This document shows positions 28,551 to 38,677 of a stretch of DNA of 63,562 bases, in pieces. The stretch covers positions 1-63,562 of the forward strand of contig JAAOZP010000016.1 of assembly GCA_011605725.1 (NCBI GenBank). Direction: 5' to 3'. How positions within the stretch are numbered: the first letter of the stretch is position 1; each line of letters opens with the position of its first letter. The notes beneath the pieces were generated by a model. It was not told the DNA's origin. It made no database searches and worked only from the letters and a program-made list of their open reading frames with translations. This stretch comes from Nitrososphaerota archaeon (GTDB taxonomy: Archaea; Thermoproteota; EX4484-205; JAAOZP01). The position numbers and the translations under genes were made by a program.

Positions 28551-28735
28551 GCCCGATTAGGTGAGTTACAATGCCGCTGTTTGGGAAGAAGAAGGAGCCT
28601 CCCTTCGGATAAATCGTGAAAGCGCGCGCGCTCCCTGTGAAACCTCGTGGTTTAAGGGGACTTGATGTTAAAATCGCGTGTTTGAGCTAAAGCGTTGTTT
28701 CCTTCTCTGTAACTCCCATGTAGAGAAGGTTGTCT

Positions 28736-29776
28736 TTAACCCCTATGGTAGACTTCAGGGTTTAACAGGTGCACCGGCTTGTCGCCGTCTAGGAACCTGA
28801 ACAGGTCCTCAACAATCATGTTTGACTGTCGCTCTACAGTCTCCTCAGTATTCCCCCCGATGTGCGGCGTCACGATAACGTTATCAAGTGCTAAAAAGGG
28901 GTTTGAAGAGTCTACCGGCTCGTTCTCCTGCACGTCCAAAGCCGCACCCGCAATTCTGCCTTGTCTCAAGGCTTCTAGAAGAGCCGAGTCGTCAACCGTG
29001 CCGGGAGACGAGGTGTTGATTATGATGGCTGCCGGCTTCATCAAGGATATCTTCTCCCTCCCGATTATGTGGTATGTTTCATCTGTAAGCCTCACGTGAA
29101 GCGTGATAATATCCGCCTGCTCGACAAGTTCATTTAGGCTAACTCTCTTCCCTCCAACCGAAGCTATCTTCTCATCGGGAACGTATGGGTCGTAGACCAT
29201 TATTGAGGCTCCGAAGGCCAGAAGGATTTTCGCAACCCTTGTCCCTATATCTCCAAGCCCAATTATCCCTACTTTTTTACCATGTATCTCCCTGCCCTGC
29301 AAAGCGTTGTAAACCTCTTGAAAATCCCTATCCGCCTCATATCTTACACCCTTCTCCAGCCTGCGCTGAGCATAAACTATTTTCCTCAGAAGCGCCAGCA
29401 TCAGGCCCACCGTGAATTCAGCAACGGCCTGTGAATTCCTCATGGGTGCGTGCACCACCGGTATTCCCTTCATGGTTGCTGCAGCCACGTCAACTGCATA
29501 CGGGGTTCCTCTGCAGGCTCCGATAAACCTAAGATTAGTATTGTTTATGATGTCAGCCGTCACCTGGTCCGCTTCCACAACCAGTATTTCAACCCCGTTT
29601 TCATTAATCTTCTCTATCAGTTCGTCTCCGAGGTAAATCCTCCCTGTTTTCCTCCAGTCTTCATATATTACTTCAACCCGCTGCGAGAGCTTTGCTAGAG
29701 CCTCCCGTGTGAAGGATGCGGTTATCAAACATCTAGGCCTTTCAGAAGTCAACCATGCTTCAACCATCGTTTTCAA
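28736..29776 (-). CDS. D-2-hydroxyacid dehydrogenase (PGDH-like)
   Basis: GIIGLGDIG, NSQAVAE, AGAALDV..EP, TPHIGG. Confidence 0.9.
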   Translation of the reverse strand: MKTMVEAWLTSERPRCLITASFTREALAKLSQRVEVIYEDWRKTGRIYLGDELIEKINENGVEILVVEADQVTADIINNTNLRFIGACRGTPYAVDVAAATMKGIPVVHAPMRNSQAVAEFTVGLMLALLRKIVYAQRRLEKGVRYEADRDFQEVYNALQGREIHGKKVGIIGLGDIGTRVAKILLAFGASIMVYDPYVPDEKIASVGGKRVSLNELVEQADIITLHVRLTDETYHIIGREKISLMKPAAIIINTSSPGTVDDSALLEALRQGRIAGAALDVQENEPVDSSNPFLALDNVIVTPHIGGNTEETVERQSNMIVEDLFRFLDGDKPVHLLNPEVYHRG

Positions 29777-31257
29777 CCCTTAGAGTAGGGAAGCCACCAC
29801 ATCCTAGTCGGCTCCCTCATCTTGTTTATGCAGATCTGCCTAATGTTCACCATTTCTAGGAGCCCGTACCTCGATGAGTGTCTCCCGACTCCGCTCTGCT
29901 TAACTCCTCCCCATGGGGCATGCGGAAATGTCACCGCGACGTCGTTAACCCAGACTATTCCAGACTCTATTTCTCTAGACAGCCTGACCGCCTTCTCCTC
30001 ATCCACCGTCCATATGGAGGCCCCTAAGCCGTACTTAGTGGAGTTAGCAATCAAAATCGCTTGTTTTTCGTCACGAAAAGGAATCACGGGTGCTACTGGC
30101 CCGAATATTTCTTCAGACATTACTTTCATCGAGAGACTGACGTCTGTGAGAACCGTAGGACTATAAAAGAATCCTTTCTTGAATTCTCTAGGCAGAGATC
30201 CTCCACACATGACTCTTGCTCCTGCTGAAACAGCCTGCTTAACGGCACGCGAAACATATGCGCGTTGCTCCCTGCTTATTAACGGCCCGATATCTGTTGA
30301 CGGTTCAAAGCCGTTTCCAACCTTCAGCGATGAAGCCTTTTCCACAAACATTTTCACGAAATCGTTGAAAACATTCTCCTGCACCAGTATTCTCTTAGCG
30401 GAGACGCATATCTGGCCTGCTCCGAAAAACCTGCCGTAAACTGCTCCGTTAACCGCCTCCTCCATGTTTGCGTCATCGAAAACTACGAAGGGGTCGCTGC
30501 CCCCCAGTTCCAGCACCGTCCTCTTAAACTCTTTCGCACAGTTCAAGGCAACTTGAACCCCAGCCTTGCTACCGCCCGTGAACACCACGGCTTTCACATC
30601 TGTTCCGACCAGCATTTCGCCAACCCTCCCACCGCCCTGCACAAGATTAAGCACGCCACGTGGCAATCCCGCTTTTTCGAACAGCTCAACTATCTTCTCG
30701 CCAACCATGGCTGTCAGGGAAGAGGGCTTGAAGACCACAGAGTTCCCGGCTGCTAATGCGGGCATGATTGTCTGAATAGGGATTAAGAAGGGCCAGTTCC
30801 AAGGAGATATGACCGCCACAACGCCCAGGGGTTCGAACGTGATCCTGAACTCGTAGTTCCCGGGTTGAGGGAAATCCACAGTCCTAGTCTCATCCCTCAG
30901 CATTTGCGCAGCCTCCGCCCCATAGTACTCAGCGTACATCTGAGCCCCCGTAACCTCCATGTTGGATTCAACCAGAGGCTTCCCGTTCTCCAGGGTTATT
31001 ACGCTTGAAATCTCATCCATCCTATCCATTATAAGCTGCCCCACCTTCTTCAGCAGCTCAGCCCTCTGCTCCACCGGTGTACGACTCCATTCATAGAAGC
31101 CTTTCTTAGCTGAATCAAGGGCGTTTTTTAAATCAGACGCTCTGACGCTCGCCACTTTATGTATTAATTCCTCAGTGGCCGGGTTTAACTTCGGGATTCT
31201 CTCTCCACTTGGAACCACCCATTCCCCGTTGATAAAAGAGCGGATTATGTTCAACAC
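29773..31257 (-). CDS. NAD(P)-dependent aldehyde dehydrogenase
   Basis: PWNWP, FTGG, LELGGSDP, GQICVS, EEIFGP. Confidence 0.93.
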   Translation of the reverse strand: MLNIIRSFINGEWVVPSGERIPKLNPATEELIHKVASVRASDLKNALDSAKKGFYEWSRTPVEQRAELLKKVGQLIMDRMDEISSVITLENGKPLVESNMEVTGAQMYAEYYGAEAAQMLRDETRTVDFPQPGNYEFRITFEPLGVVAVISPWNWPFLIPIQTIMPALAAGNSVVFKPSSLTAMVGEKIVELFEKAGLPRGVLNLVQGGGRVGEMLVGTDVKAVVFTGGSKAGVQVALNCAKEFKRTVLELGGSDPFVVFDDANMEEAVNGAVYGRFFGAGQICVSAKRILVQENVFNDFVKMFVEKASSLKVGNGFEPSTDIGPLISREQRAYVSRAVKQAVSAGARVMCGGSLPREFKKGFFYSPTVLTDVSLSMKVMSEEIFGPVAPVIPFRDEKQAILIANSTKYGLGASIWTVDEEKAVRLSREIESGIVWVNDVAVTFPHAPWGGVKQSGVGRHSSRYGLLEMVNIRQICINKMREPTRMWWLPYSKG

Positions 31258-31309
31258 TTGGAAGAAGCCGTTACGATATTTAAGTTTTTAAGATTGGGGT
31301 GTTTCATGA

Positions 31310-31687
31310 TTGACACAAGAGTTAAATATCGGGAAACAAAAATATGAGGCTATGCCGACTAAGGAGCAAGTATTCGAGTCCCTAGAGGAAATAAGGAGAA
31401 AGTTTGAAGATCCAAGCGTTAAGGAGAAATTTAAAGGCTTCAAGAGAGATATACAGTTTAAATTCCCCGATCTGAATGCCCAATATGTTCTCAGCATCAG
31501 CGAGGACGCTACCGCAACCCTTAAAGAGGGCTTTTTAGAAAAGCCTCACGTGACGGTTGAAACAGATAGTGCAACATTCCTCGGTATAAGGAGCAAGACG
31601 ATAAGTGCAACGCAGGCCTACATGTCTGGAAGGTTAAAAGTGAAAGGCTCTATGCCCGATCTTCTGAAGCTTCAAAAACTCATGTAG
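31310..31687 (+). CDS. SCP2 sterol/lipid-binding domain protein
   Basis: ATQAYMSGRLKVKGSMPDLLKL; true start may be ATG 31352. Confidence 0.88.
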   Translation: MTQELNIGKQKYEAMPTKEQVFESLEEIRRKFEDPSVKEKFKGFKRDIQFKFPDLNAQYVLSISEDATATLKEGFLEKPHVTVETDSATFLGIRSKTISATQAYMSGRLKVKGSMPDLLKLQKLM

Positions 31688-31691
31688 TTTT

Positions 31692-32336
31692 TCAAAGCAT
31701 CATCGTCCTGAACAATTCCCGCCCGATTTCAACAGCCGATTCCGGCAGGCTTATAGGTGAACCAACCGCCTTCGCGAGCAGAAATATGGTTGAAGCCTTC
31801 TCGAGGAGCAGAGCCTTATGAAAAGCATCTTTAAGATCCTTGCCACACACAACTGCACCGTGATTCGCGAGCAGAACAGCGTTTCTCTGCATCAAGCCGT
31901 CAGCAACATTTGACGCTAATTCCTCAGTCCCAGCCATAGCGTATTTGACAGTCGGAATGTTCTCTCCAAGAAAGGGGATTAGCTCCTCCAGAAAAGGAGG
32001 TATTGTCTCATGGAGAGAAGCAAGTGCCGTCGCGTGCACCGAGTGAAAGTGGATCACGGCATTTACATCAGGCCTCTTAGAGTATATCAGGAGGTGCATT
32101 CCAGTTTCAACCGACGGGTTTCGACTCCCCTTAATCACGTCGCCAACCCCGTTCACGACAAGTGTATCTCTGGCCTTTATCTCGAAACGCGGGATCTGAC
32201 TCGGAGTGATTACATACCTGTCGGCAACCCTGCTCCTAGCGCTGACGTTTCCCTCGTGGTCTAACACATACCCGATCTTGTAGAGGGTCCTTATGGTCCT
32301 CGCAACCTCCTCCCTCACAAGCTTGAAAGGGTCCAT
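31692..32336 (-). CDS. class II aldolase (FucA-like)
   Basis: GNVSAR, ITPS, PSVETGMH, HFHS, LANHG. Confidence 0.9.
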   Translation of the reverse strand: MDPFKLVREEVARTIRTLYKIGYVLDHEGNVSARSRVADRYVITPSQIPRFEIKARDTLVVNGVGDVIKGSRNPSVETGMHLLIYSKRPDVNAVIHFHSVHATALASLHETIPPFLEELIPFLGENIPTVKYAMAGTEELASNVADGLMQRNAVLLANHGAVVCGKDLKDAFHKALLLEKASTIFLLAKAVGSPISLPESAVEIGRELFRTMML

Positions 32337-32338
32337 CT

Positions 32339-33832
32339 TCAAAGGAGGCCTTGCAGCTTGTCGTATATAAGTCTCCACCTCCTGTAATCAGCCTGGTAAC
32401 CTTCAGAATCAGAAGCCGGGTTCCTGGTTTTTAACTCAACCATCCTTTCAACTATGCTCCTCGGGCTCTCAGACCTTAGGAAAGACCAGCATGCGACGGA
32501 AGCACCGATGGGGCTTGCCCTGCGCTCCGAAGGCGTTGCAACAGGCATTGCCAATACGTCGGCCAGAATCTGGATGAGAACATCGCTGTTCGACAGCCCG
32601 CCTGAGGCAATAATGGGCGTACAGGCCTCGGGAAAAACCTCCTTCATCTGATCCATGTTGCCCCTGCATGCAAATGCAATATTCTCGTAGTATGCTCTCG
32701 CGATATCGCCTGCCCCAGGTCTTTCCCCCACCATTAATGAGGGCAGGATCATCACAGCCGGAGATACTTCCATGAACCTTTTAGCATCCATTATCCACGG
32801 GCCCAGGAATGCTAGGATGTTCCGACTACCCCTTACAGATGAAGCGGCAAGCTCATCAAAGCGGCGGTAGTCAACACCGTCTTCATTCCTAAGCATAAGC
32901 ACTGAGGAGGCGAGCCAGTCGAAAATGCTTCCACACATTCCAGAGTTGCTCTCCAATATCCATAGACCGTCGAGCGGAAAACACCCTGTCCACATCCGTT
33001 TCTGCTTATCGACGCGTGGCTCTGACATTACGATTTGTAATGGAGCAGTTGAGCCCAGCGAGATATAGGCTTGGCCGTTTGAAAGAGCCATCGACCCGAT
33101 GCCTGCGCATTGCGTATCGCCTGCCCCCATAATAACAGGAGTCTCTGAAGATATTTGAGCGGCCTTCCGGAACTCCTCAGTCGGGTAACCTATAAGCTGG
33201 CCGAAACCACGGACCTCAGGCAGTTGTTCAGGCTTCACACCGACGGCTTCACATATTTCCTCACTCCATCTCCGCCTGCTTATGTCGAACAAATAGGTTC
33301 CCGCTGCTTGCGACGGTTCTTCAGCAGGATTGCCCGTCAGCATGAAATAAACCCAGCCTTCTATTGTGGTGAAAAACTTCGCGGCGCTAAACACCTTGGG
33401 ATCGTTCTCGATGAACCACCTTATTCTGCTTCCGGAGAAGAGGAAAGGCGGATGGAGACCTGTGGTTAGATATGCATCCTCGCCGAAAGAATCGGTGAAA
33501 ACATCTTCAACCTCAGCACCCCTCGCGTCTACGTTGGGGCAGAGCGCCAGCGTCCTCCCGTCGCGCCCTATGACGGCTGTTGAAAACCTCTGCCCCGTAG
33601 TCGTAACCGCGGAAATCCTTGCTTCAGCCTGCCTCGCACAGTCTGCTGCTGTACTGCAAATGGAGGACCACAGCTCCCCGGAGTCCAATTCGACTATGTA
33701 GGGACGGTTCGGAAAGGGCAGCAGCTTCTTCAGCAGGCGAGTGGAGGAACTTACTATATGTCCTGATTCAGATATCAACCTGGAGTGGACCGCGCGCGTA
33801 GTTAGTTCTATGACCAGAACGTATTCCTCCAT
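32339..33832 (-). CDS. FGGY-family carbohydrate kinase
   Basis: TGQR, DARG, SQAAGT, GDTQ, SLGST, SGGLSNS. Confidence 0.88.
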   Translation of the reverse strand: MEEYVLVIELTTRAVHSRLISESGHIVSSSTRLLKKLLPFPNRPYIVELDSGELWSSICSTAADCARQAEARISAVTTTGQRFSTAVIGRDGRTLALCPNVDARGAEVEDVFTDSFGEDAYLTTGLHPPFLFSGSRIRWFIENDPKVFSAAKFFTTIEGWVYFMLTGNPAEEPSQAAGTYLFDISRRRWSEEICEAVGVKPEQLPEVRGFGQLIGYPTEEFRKAAQISSETPVIMGAGDTQCAGIGSMALSNGQAYISLGSTAPLQIVMSEPRVDKQKRMWTGCFPLDGLWILESNSGMCGSIFDWLASSVLMLRNEDGVDYRRFDELAASSVRGSRNILAFLGPWIMDAKRFMEVSPAVMILPSLMVGERPGAGDIARAYYENIAFACRGNMDQMKEVFPEACTPIIASGGLSNSDVLIQILADVLAMPVATPSERRASPIGASVACWSFLRSESPRSIVERMVELKTRNPASDSEGYQADYRRWRLIYDKLQGLL

Positions 33833-33939
33833 GATTTACTCTATGCACCCCCCCTTTAAAATCCTTATTTTATAAGGTAAGCGAAAAGAAGCGCGCTAAG
33901 ACTTACGGGGGGCCACGCTTCTACCGATCTAGCGCGCGC

Positions 33940-34900
33940 TACACGATGTACGACACGATGCCTGCTGACGAACCCGGGTGGAAAGCGGACCCTTTCGCAG
34001 GAGAGATACTTAGGGTGGGCCCTTCGTGGAGACGCTGGTAGCCAGAGGCGCGCGCGACCCTGGGAGTTAAGGGAATAATCTATTTTGAGCTTGAGCTCGA
34101 CGGCAAGGAATGGGGGAAAGGCCCTACGGAGTTCGGCATACACGGCAGCAACAAGGCTTGGGTAGACAGCCCTGCTTGGAGAATGGTGAAGGCTCTTTCA
34201 ACAATGGTTGACGAAACCGGTAACAGGGTTCTTATCCAAGGCTTCTACGACGACGTTAGGGTTCCAAGCGAGGAGGACGAGGCTCTCCTCAGCAGGCTGG
34301 CTGGAACCTTCGACGAAAATGAGGTTAAGGAAAGGATGAAGGTGGGGGCGCTTCATAGACGATCTGCACGGAGTCGAGGCTCTTAAGAAGCACTTGTTCT
34401 CACCAACCCTTAATATTGACGGATTATGGTCCGGATACACTGGGCCAGGCTCAAAGACACTCCTGCCTCACAGGATGACTGTGAAGATGGATATTAGGCT
34501 AGTGCCAGAGATGCAGGTTGAGAAGACGAGCCTGGTTAGAGAACACTTGGATAAGCATGGGTTCAGCGAGATAAAGATAAGGAGGCTTGAAGAAGGCTAC
34601 GGCTGGACTAGGATGAGCGTCAACTCACCATACTCGAAGGCCATGTTGAAAGCACTTGGCGAGTTTAAAGTGGAGGTTGAAGTCTGGCCCACAATAGCTG
34701 GAAGCACACCTTTCTCAATGTTTGCAGCACCACCCCTTAAGCTGCCTTTCATAGTTGGAGGAATGGGGCACGGCGGCCCAGCGCACTCGCCCAACGAGTA
34801 CCTGGTTATAAGCGAGAGAGGACCAACCGGGGGTCTTATGACGATGGAGAAGTCTTTCGCCGCAATACTCGACCATGTTTCAACGATAAGGAAGCAGTAA
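33940..34900 (+). pseudogene. M20-family metallopeptidase pseudogene (truncated, internally deleted, frameshifted)
   Basis: MYDTMPADEPGWKADPF..LVARGA / TLGVKGIIYFELE..HGS..PAWRMV / PTLNIDG..YTGPGSKT..AHSPNEY spread over several frames. Confidence 0.85.
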
Positions 34901-35256
34901 TAATTTGAGAGCCGCTAGCACCTGGGTTGCAGGATAGTTACGCATGCCGCGCGCTTGAGTTAGGAAGGCCGTCTATGCTTATTCAGCTAATTTCCTCTTT
35001 AAAACGCTACTGATTCTTAACAGGCACGCTAAATCCCTGAGCCTCCCGCTTTCCAGGTATAGCCCGAAGCATCATTCTTCGGATAAAAATAGAGTACTAT
35101 GATTCGAGACGCTTTTTACCTTCATTCGATTGGAGAGTGTAGCCTGAGGCATTAACACGCGTTTTCAAAACCATTTCTCCGCCTTTTAATGGGTAAAGCT
35201 TGATCTGAAAAACGGCTTGAAAAATTTTATTAACTTTGTAGGAAACCTGTTTAAAC

Positions 35257-36378
35257 ATGAGGAGCACCCTAGCTTTTTCGAAGAAACTTCTTATAGTCGG
35301 CTTACTGATTGGAATCGTAGTCGGATATGCGGTGGGCTTCATGACCAGGGGAAGAGAAGTGGAGGAGTTGCAACAACAGGTTTCAAGGCTTAATGCTCAA
35401 ATAGAACAGTTAAGGGGAGTGGTGCAGCCTTTAAGAGTGCTCGCCGAGAAACACGGTATTTATATTGGTGCAGCAGTAGGTGCTGACCAGCTTAGAATCA
35501 AAGAATATGCTGAGACACTTAGCAGGGAATTCAACATTTTAACCACGGAAAACGCTTTAAAATTTGAAAGAGTTCACCCTGAGCGAAACGTCTATTCTTT
35601 TTCAGAAGCCGATGCAATCATCAGTTTTGCAGAGGCAAACGGTATGAAGGTTCGCGGGCACACGCTCGTCTGGCATAACCAGCTGCCTGAATGGATTACG
35701 CGTGGAAACTATAGTCGTGAGGAATGGATACGCATTCTCCACGACCATGTTACTACGGTTGTTAACCGTTATAGAGGGAGGGTTTACGCGTGGGACGTGG
35801 TTAACGAGGCTGTTGACGAAGACGGGTCTTTAAGAGAAACCATCTGGCTGCGAAACATAGGGCCGGAATATATTGAGCTGGCTTTCAAGTGGGCGCATGA
35901 AGCAGACCCGGAGGCGCTCCTCTTCTACAACGATTACGGTGCTGAAGGCATGGGTGTGAAGTCGGATGCTGTCTACAATCTTGTTAAAACACTCTTGGAG
36001 AAAGGTGTGCCAATACATGGCGTCGGCCTACAGATGCATGTAAGCACAGAGCACTATCCGGCGCCGCAAGAAGTTGTAGCCAACATTAAACGCCTAGGCG
36101 ACCTAGGCCTGGAGGTTCACATTACTGAAATCGACGTCCGCATAAGGCTGCCCGCGGATTCTAAAAGCCTAGTTAAGCAGGCGGAAATATACCGCGACAT
36201 GCTTAAGGCATGTCTTTCCTCCAAGAAATGCACAGCCTTCGTGATGTGGGGTTTCACAGACCGCTACTCCTGGATCCCCGGGTTTTTCAACGGATATGGT
36301 TCAGCCCTAATCTTCGACGAGAATTATAATCCTAAGCCAGCATACTACTACATTCTTAGAACCCTGATGGAGCCTTAA
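35257..36378 (+). CDS. membrane-anchored GH10 endo-1,4-beta-xylanase
   Basis: TENALK, RGHTLVWH, WDVVNEA, YNDY, GLQMH, ITEID; N-terminal TM plus coiled coil. Confidence 0.93.
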   Translation: MRSTLAFSKKLLIVGLLIGIVVGYAVGFMTRGREVEELQQQVSRLNAQIEQLRGVVQPLRVLAEKHGIYIGAAVGADQLRIKEYAETLSREFNILTTENALKFERVHPERNVYSFSEADAIISFAEANGMKVRGHTLVWHNQLPEWITRGNYSREEWIRILHDHVTTVVNRYRGRVYAWDVVNEAVDEDGSLRETIWLRNIGPEYIELAFKWAHEADPEALLFYNDYGAEGMGVKSDAVYNLVKTLLEKGVPIHGVGLQMHVSTEHYPAPQEVVANIKRLGDLGLEVHITEIDVRIRLPADSKSLVKQAEIYRDMLKACLSSKKCTAFVMWGFTDRYSWIPGFFNGYGSALIFDENYNPKPAYYYILRTLMEP

Positions 36379-36752
36379 ACCAGTCTGAGCCTTAGCACGC
36401 GCCTTTAGTTTTCATCTTGCCAATCCCGCTTACCAGTATGAACTGGGATGAGAAAATCGTTTTTAACGCGTGCTAAGCTCTTGCCTAACGATGTTTAAAC
36501 CGTTCGATGCCGGGTTATTTTCACCCAGTCCTCTCCCACAAGCATCTGCCTACTCCAGATTTTAGAGGGTTTTCACGGGGATTTTGGACGAGTGCTTGCT
36601 GAGGATGTTGACACGTTTAGCCTGCTACTGTAAGGAGGCTCAGGAAAAATCTCAATTCAGTCTTGTCGTCTATGTTAAGAGTATCGAGAACAAGATAACA
36701 GGATTCTACTCGTCGATTCTAATTTCCGATGCTCAGCTTGCAAACGCGCGCG

Positions 36753-36836
36753 AGATCTCAGTCTCTCGTTTCTTAGCTTCTCCTCCTCTGAGAGCATGAT
36801 GTAAGCCTTACCCCCGGGTTCAATCCTGTAATACTG
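36753..36836 (-). pseudogene. 84-bp diverged copy of part of 27585-28067, bounded by (GC)n tracts
   Basis: QYYRIEPGGKAYIMLSEEEKLRNER vs QYYSIGPEGKAYIMLSGEDAERLRNER. Confidence 0.85.
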
Positions 36837-37554
36837 GCGCGCGCTACTGGGCTGCGATGCATTAAAGGAGCTGGAAGAAGGCGTTGGAAGCAAGTACGGG
36901 ATCCTCGTTGGATTCGACGGTGGAAAGAAGGCATATTGCGGCGCCAAGGAGCTCAAGATTGATATACCTGAGGGCGCGAGCAAGATAGAGTGGATAAAAG
37001 TAGTCTCTATTGAGGATGAGGTAACTCTTCTCCTCCACGAGATAATAGAGATGCGGGCGGGGGGAAATCTGGGAGAAAGGGAACTGGGAGAAATGAATTA
37101 TAAAGTGGGAGTGGCCAGCGAACATATCGTGATTGAAGGATATGGGAAGATAAACTATCAGAGAGATATCCTCAAAGCTTTCTCGGAGAAGTCCGGGATC
37201 CCTATGGATGCGCTCGAGGGCAAGGTGAAATTTATCCGTCGCGGCGGAGGCGGAGAAGTCGATGGCGAGATCTTAGCTCTAGAGGACATTATAGTCGATG
37301 GTGAAGTGGTATTTAAGAAGGACGATGTAATAGCTATAATAGAGATGAAGTCGACGATAACCGGGAAAAGCTTTGAGGAGCTACTTGGCGGTGCAATGGA
37401 GGATCTTAAGAACCACCTTCAGTTCGATAAGTATAAGAACGTTAAATATGGTATAGCCATAGGTTTCTCATACGATCCAAAAGAGGTGCTTGCGGAAGAG
37501 CCGGGCGTGCCCCCGCTCATAAAGGTGTATACGAGGGGTGAACTCGAGGGATGA
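36832..37554 (+). CDS. orphan toxin C-terminal cassette (pre-toxin segment + PD-(D/E)XK-like nuclease), 5' truncated
   Basis: Frame open 73 codons upstream of ATG 37051, with FDGGKKAYCGAKELKIDIPEGASKIEWI matching the giant protein; EVDG..IIEMKS motif. Confidence 0.75.
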   Translation, partial: YWRALLGCDALKELEEGVGSKYGILVGFDGGKKAYCGAKELKIDIPEGASKIEWIKVVSIEDEVTLLLHEIIEMRAGGNLGERELGEMNYKVGVASEHIVIEGYGKINYQRDILKAFSEKSGIPMDALEGKVKFIRRGGGGEVDGEILALEDIIVDGEVVFKKDDVIAIIEMKSTITGKSFEELLGGAMEDLKNHLQFDKYKNVKYGIAIGFSYDPKEVLAEEPGVPPLIKVYTRGELEG

Positions 37555-38210
37555 GCGTGGTTGAGAGGCTGAGGGCTTTGCTAGCTGAGAAGTTCGAGCG
37601 CAGGCCGTGGGAGAAGGTTGAGCTACTGCCTCCTCACCCTCCTGAGAAGTGGGTGATAGCTGTTAGGATATTCTTCGAAATCTTCATCACAGCGTACGAG
37701 AATGGAAAGATAAAAGTCGATGCCGGCCCAGAGCGGACCTGGGACGGAATATCCGAGTTCTACCTCTGGAGGAAATACAAGCGGAAGTACGAGAAGGCGG
37801 TGACCGAGGAGGAAAAGAAAAGGATCTTACAAAAGGAGAAGGAGGAGGAAGACAGGATCATCGAGGACTTCAAGCAGAGGAGGTTCGAGGATTACATCAA
37901 GAAAGGGAGAACCATCGCGTACTTCGCTGGGCGTCATATGTGGGGCGACGAGGTAGCTAGGAGGGTTAGCGAAAAGCATGGCATCGAGGTCAAGTTCGAG
38001 ATAGACACTGAATCGGGCTTCATCACGACCTTCGACTCAACAGGTATGGGCGACGAGCAGTTAATCAACGAGACCATGAAGAGGGTTGACGCTATTAACG
38101 AAGCCAGGGAGATGTTTTTCAATAAGGAATTGGAGAACGAATTCTTGGCTAGCAAGGGGATAGAGGTTAAGAGGAAGCGTAGCAGGCGAAGACGAGTTTC
38201 GAGAGGCTGA
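37551..38210 (+). CDS. putative immunity protein
   Basis: ATGA overlap with nuclease cassette; homologous to 17463-18044. Confidence 0.75.
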   Translation: MSVVERLRALLAEKFERRPWEKVELLPPHPPEKWVIAVRIFFEIFITAYENGKIKVDAGPERTWDGISEFYLWRKYKRKYEKAVTEEEKKRILQKEKEEEDRIIEDFKQRRFEDYIKKGRTIAYFAGRHMWGDEVARRVSEKHGIEVKFEIDTESGFITTFDSTGMGDEQLINETMKRVDAINEAREMFFNKELENEFLASKGIEVKRKRSRRRRVSRG

Positions 38211-38677
38211 AGCTAAGCGCGCACGAAAAGGCTGGCGTCGAAACTTGGCGCGCTAGCGCGCGCGCTGGCTCGATCCTCCTTGCCCCCTGGAAAACCGGAG
38301 TAGCACGACAGCTTCACCGAGACTTTTTAGCGCACGCGCTTAACATAACGTTTGTCGCAAACTTTACTTCCCTTTTACACCATGATTTCTGGGGCGTAAT
38401 AAACGTCCTAAATTCTACAAGTGGTAGTACGTTAGCTCATGGGGTTTTCTCCGCTTTCAACTTCCCAAAACTCGCGATAAGCAAAATAGACGTAAGCGGA
38501 AATCCAGCCGCATACAATGTGACAGAAGTCTTGGGTAACAGCACTATTACTTCCGGCTTTTTAGTGTGGCGCGCGCGCTCGCTAATTGAAACCGGGAGTA
38601 GACCCAGAAAAAGCTCAAATTTTACGTTAAAACATTAACAAAAGATATAAAAAAGAGGCCTAATAGAATTCTCTTTG

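Noticed and set aside
33791-33799. (GC)n tract in the FGGY kinase 5' end as a scar
   Set aside because: Frame and motif spacing are preserved, so it may be ordinary Thr-Arg-Ala coding.
38341-38568. Possible secreted-protein fragment between two (GC)n tracts
   Set aside because: Fits the scar pattern, but no homolog in the window fixes its identity or boundaries.
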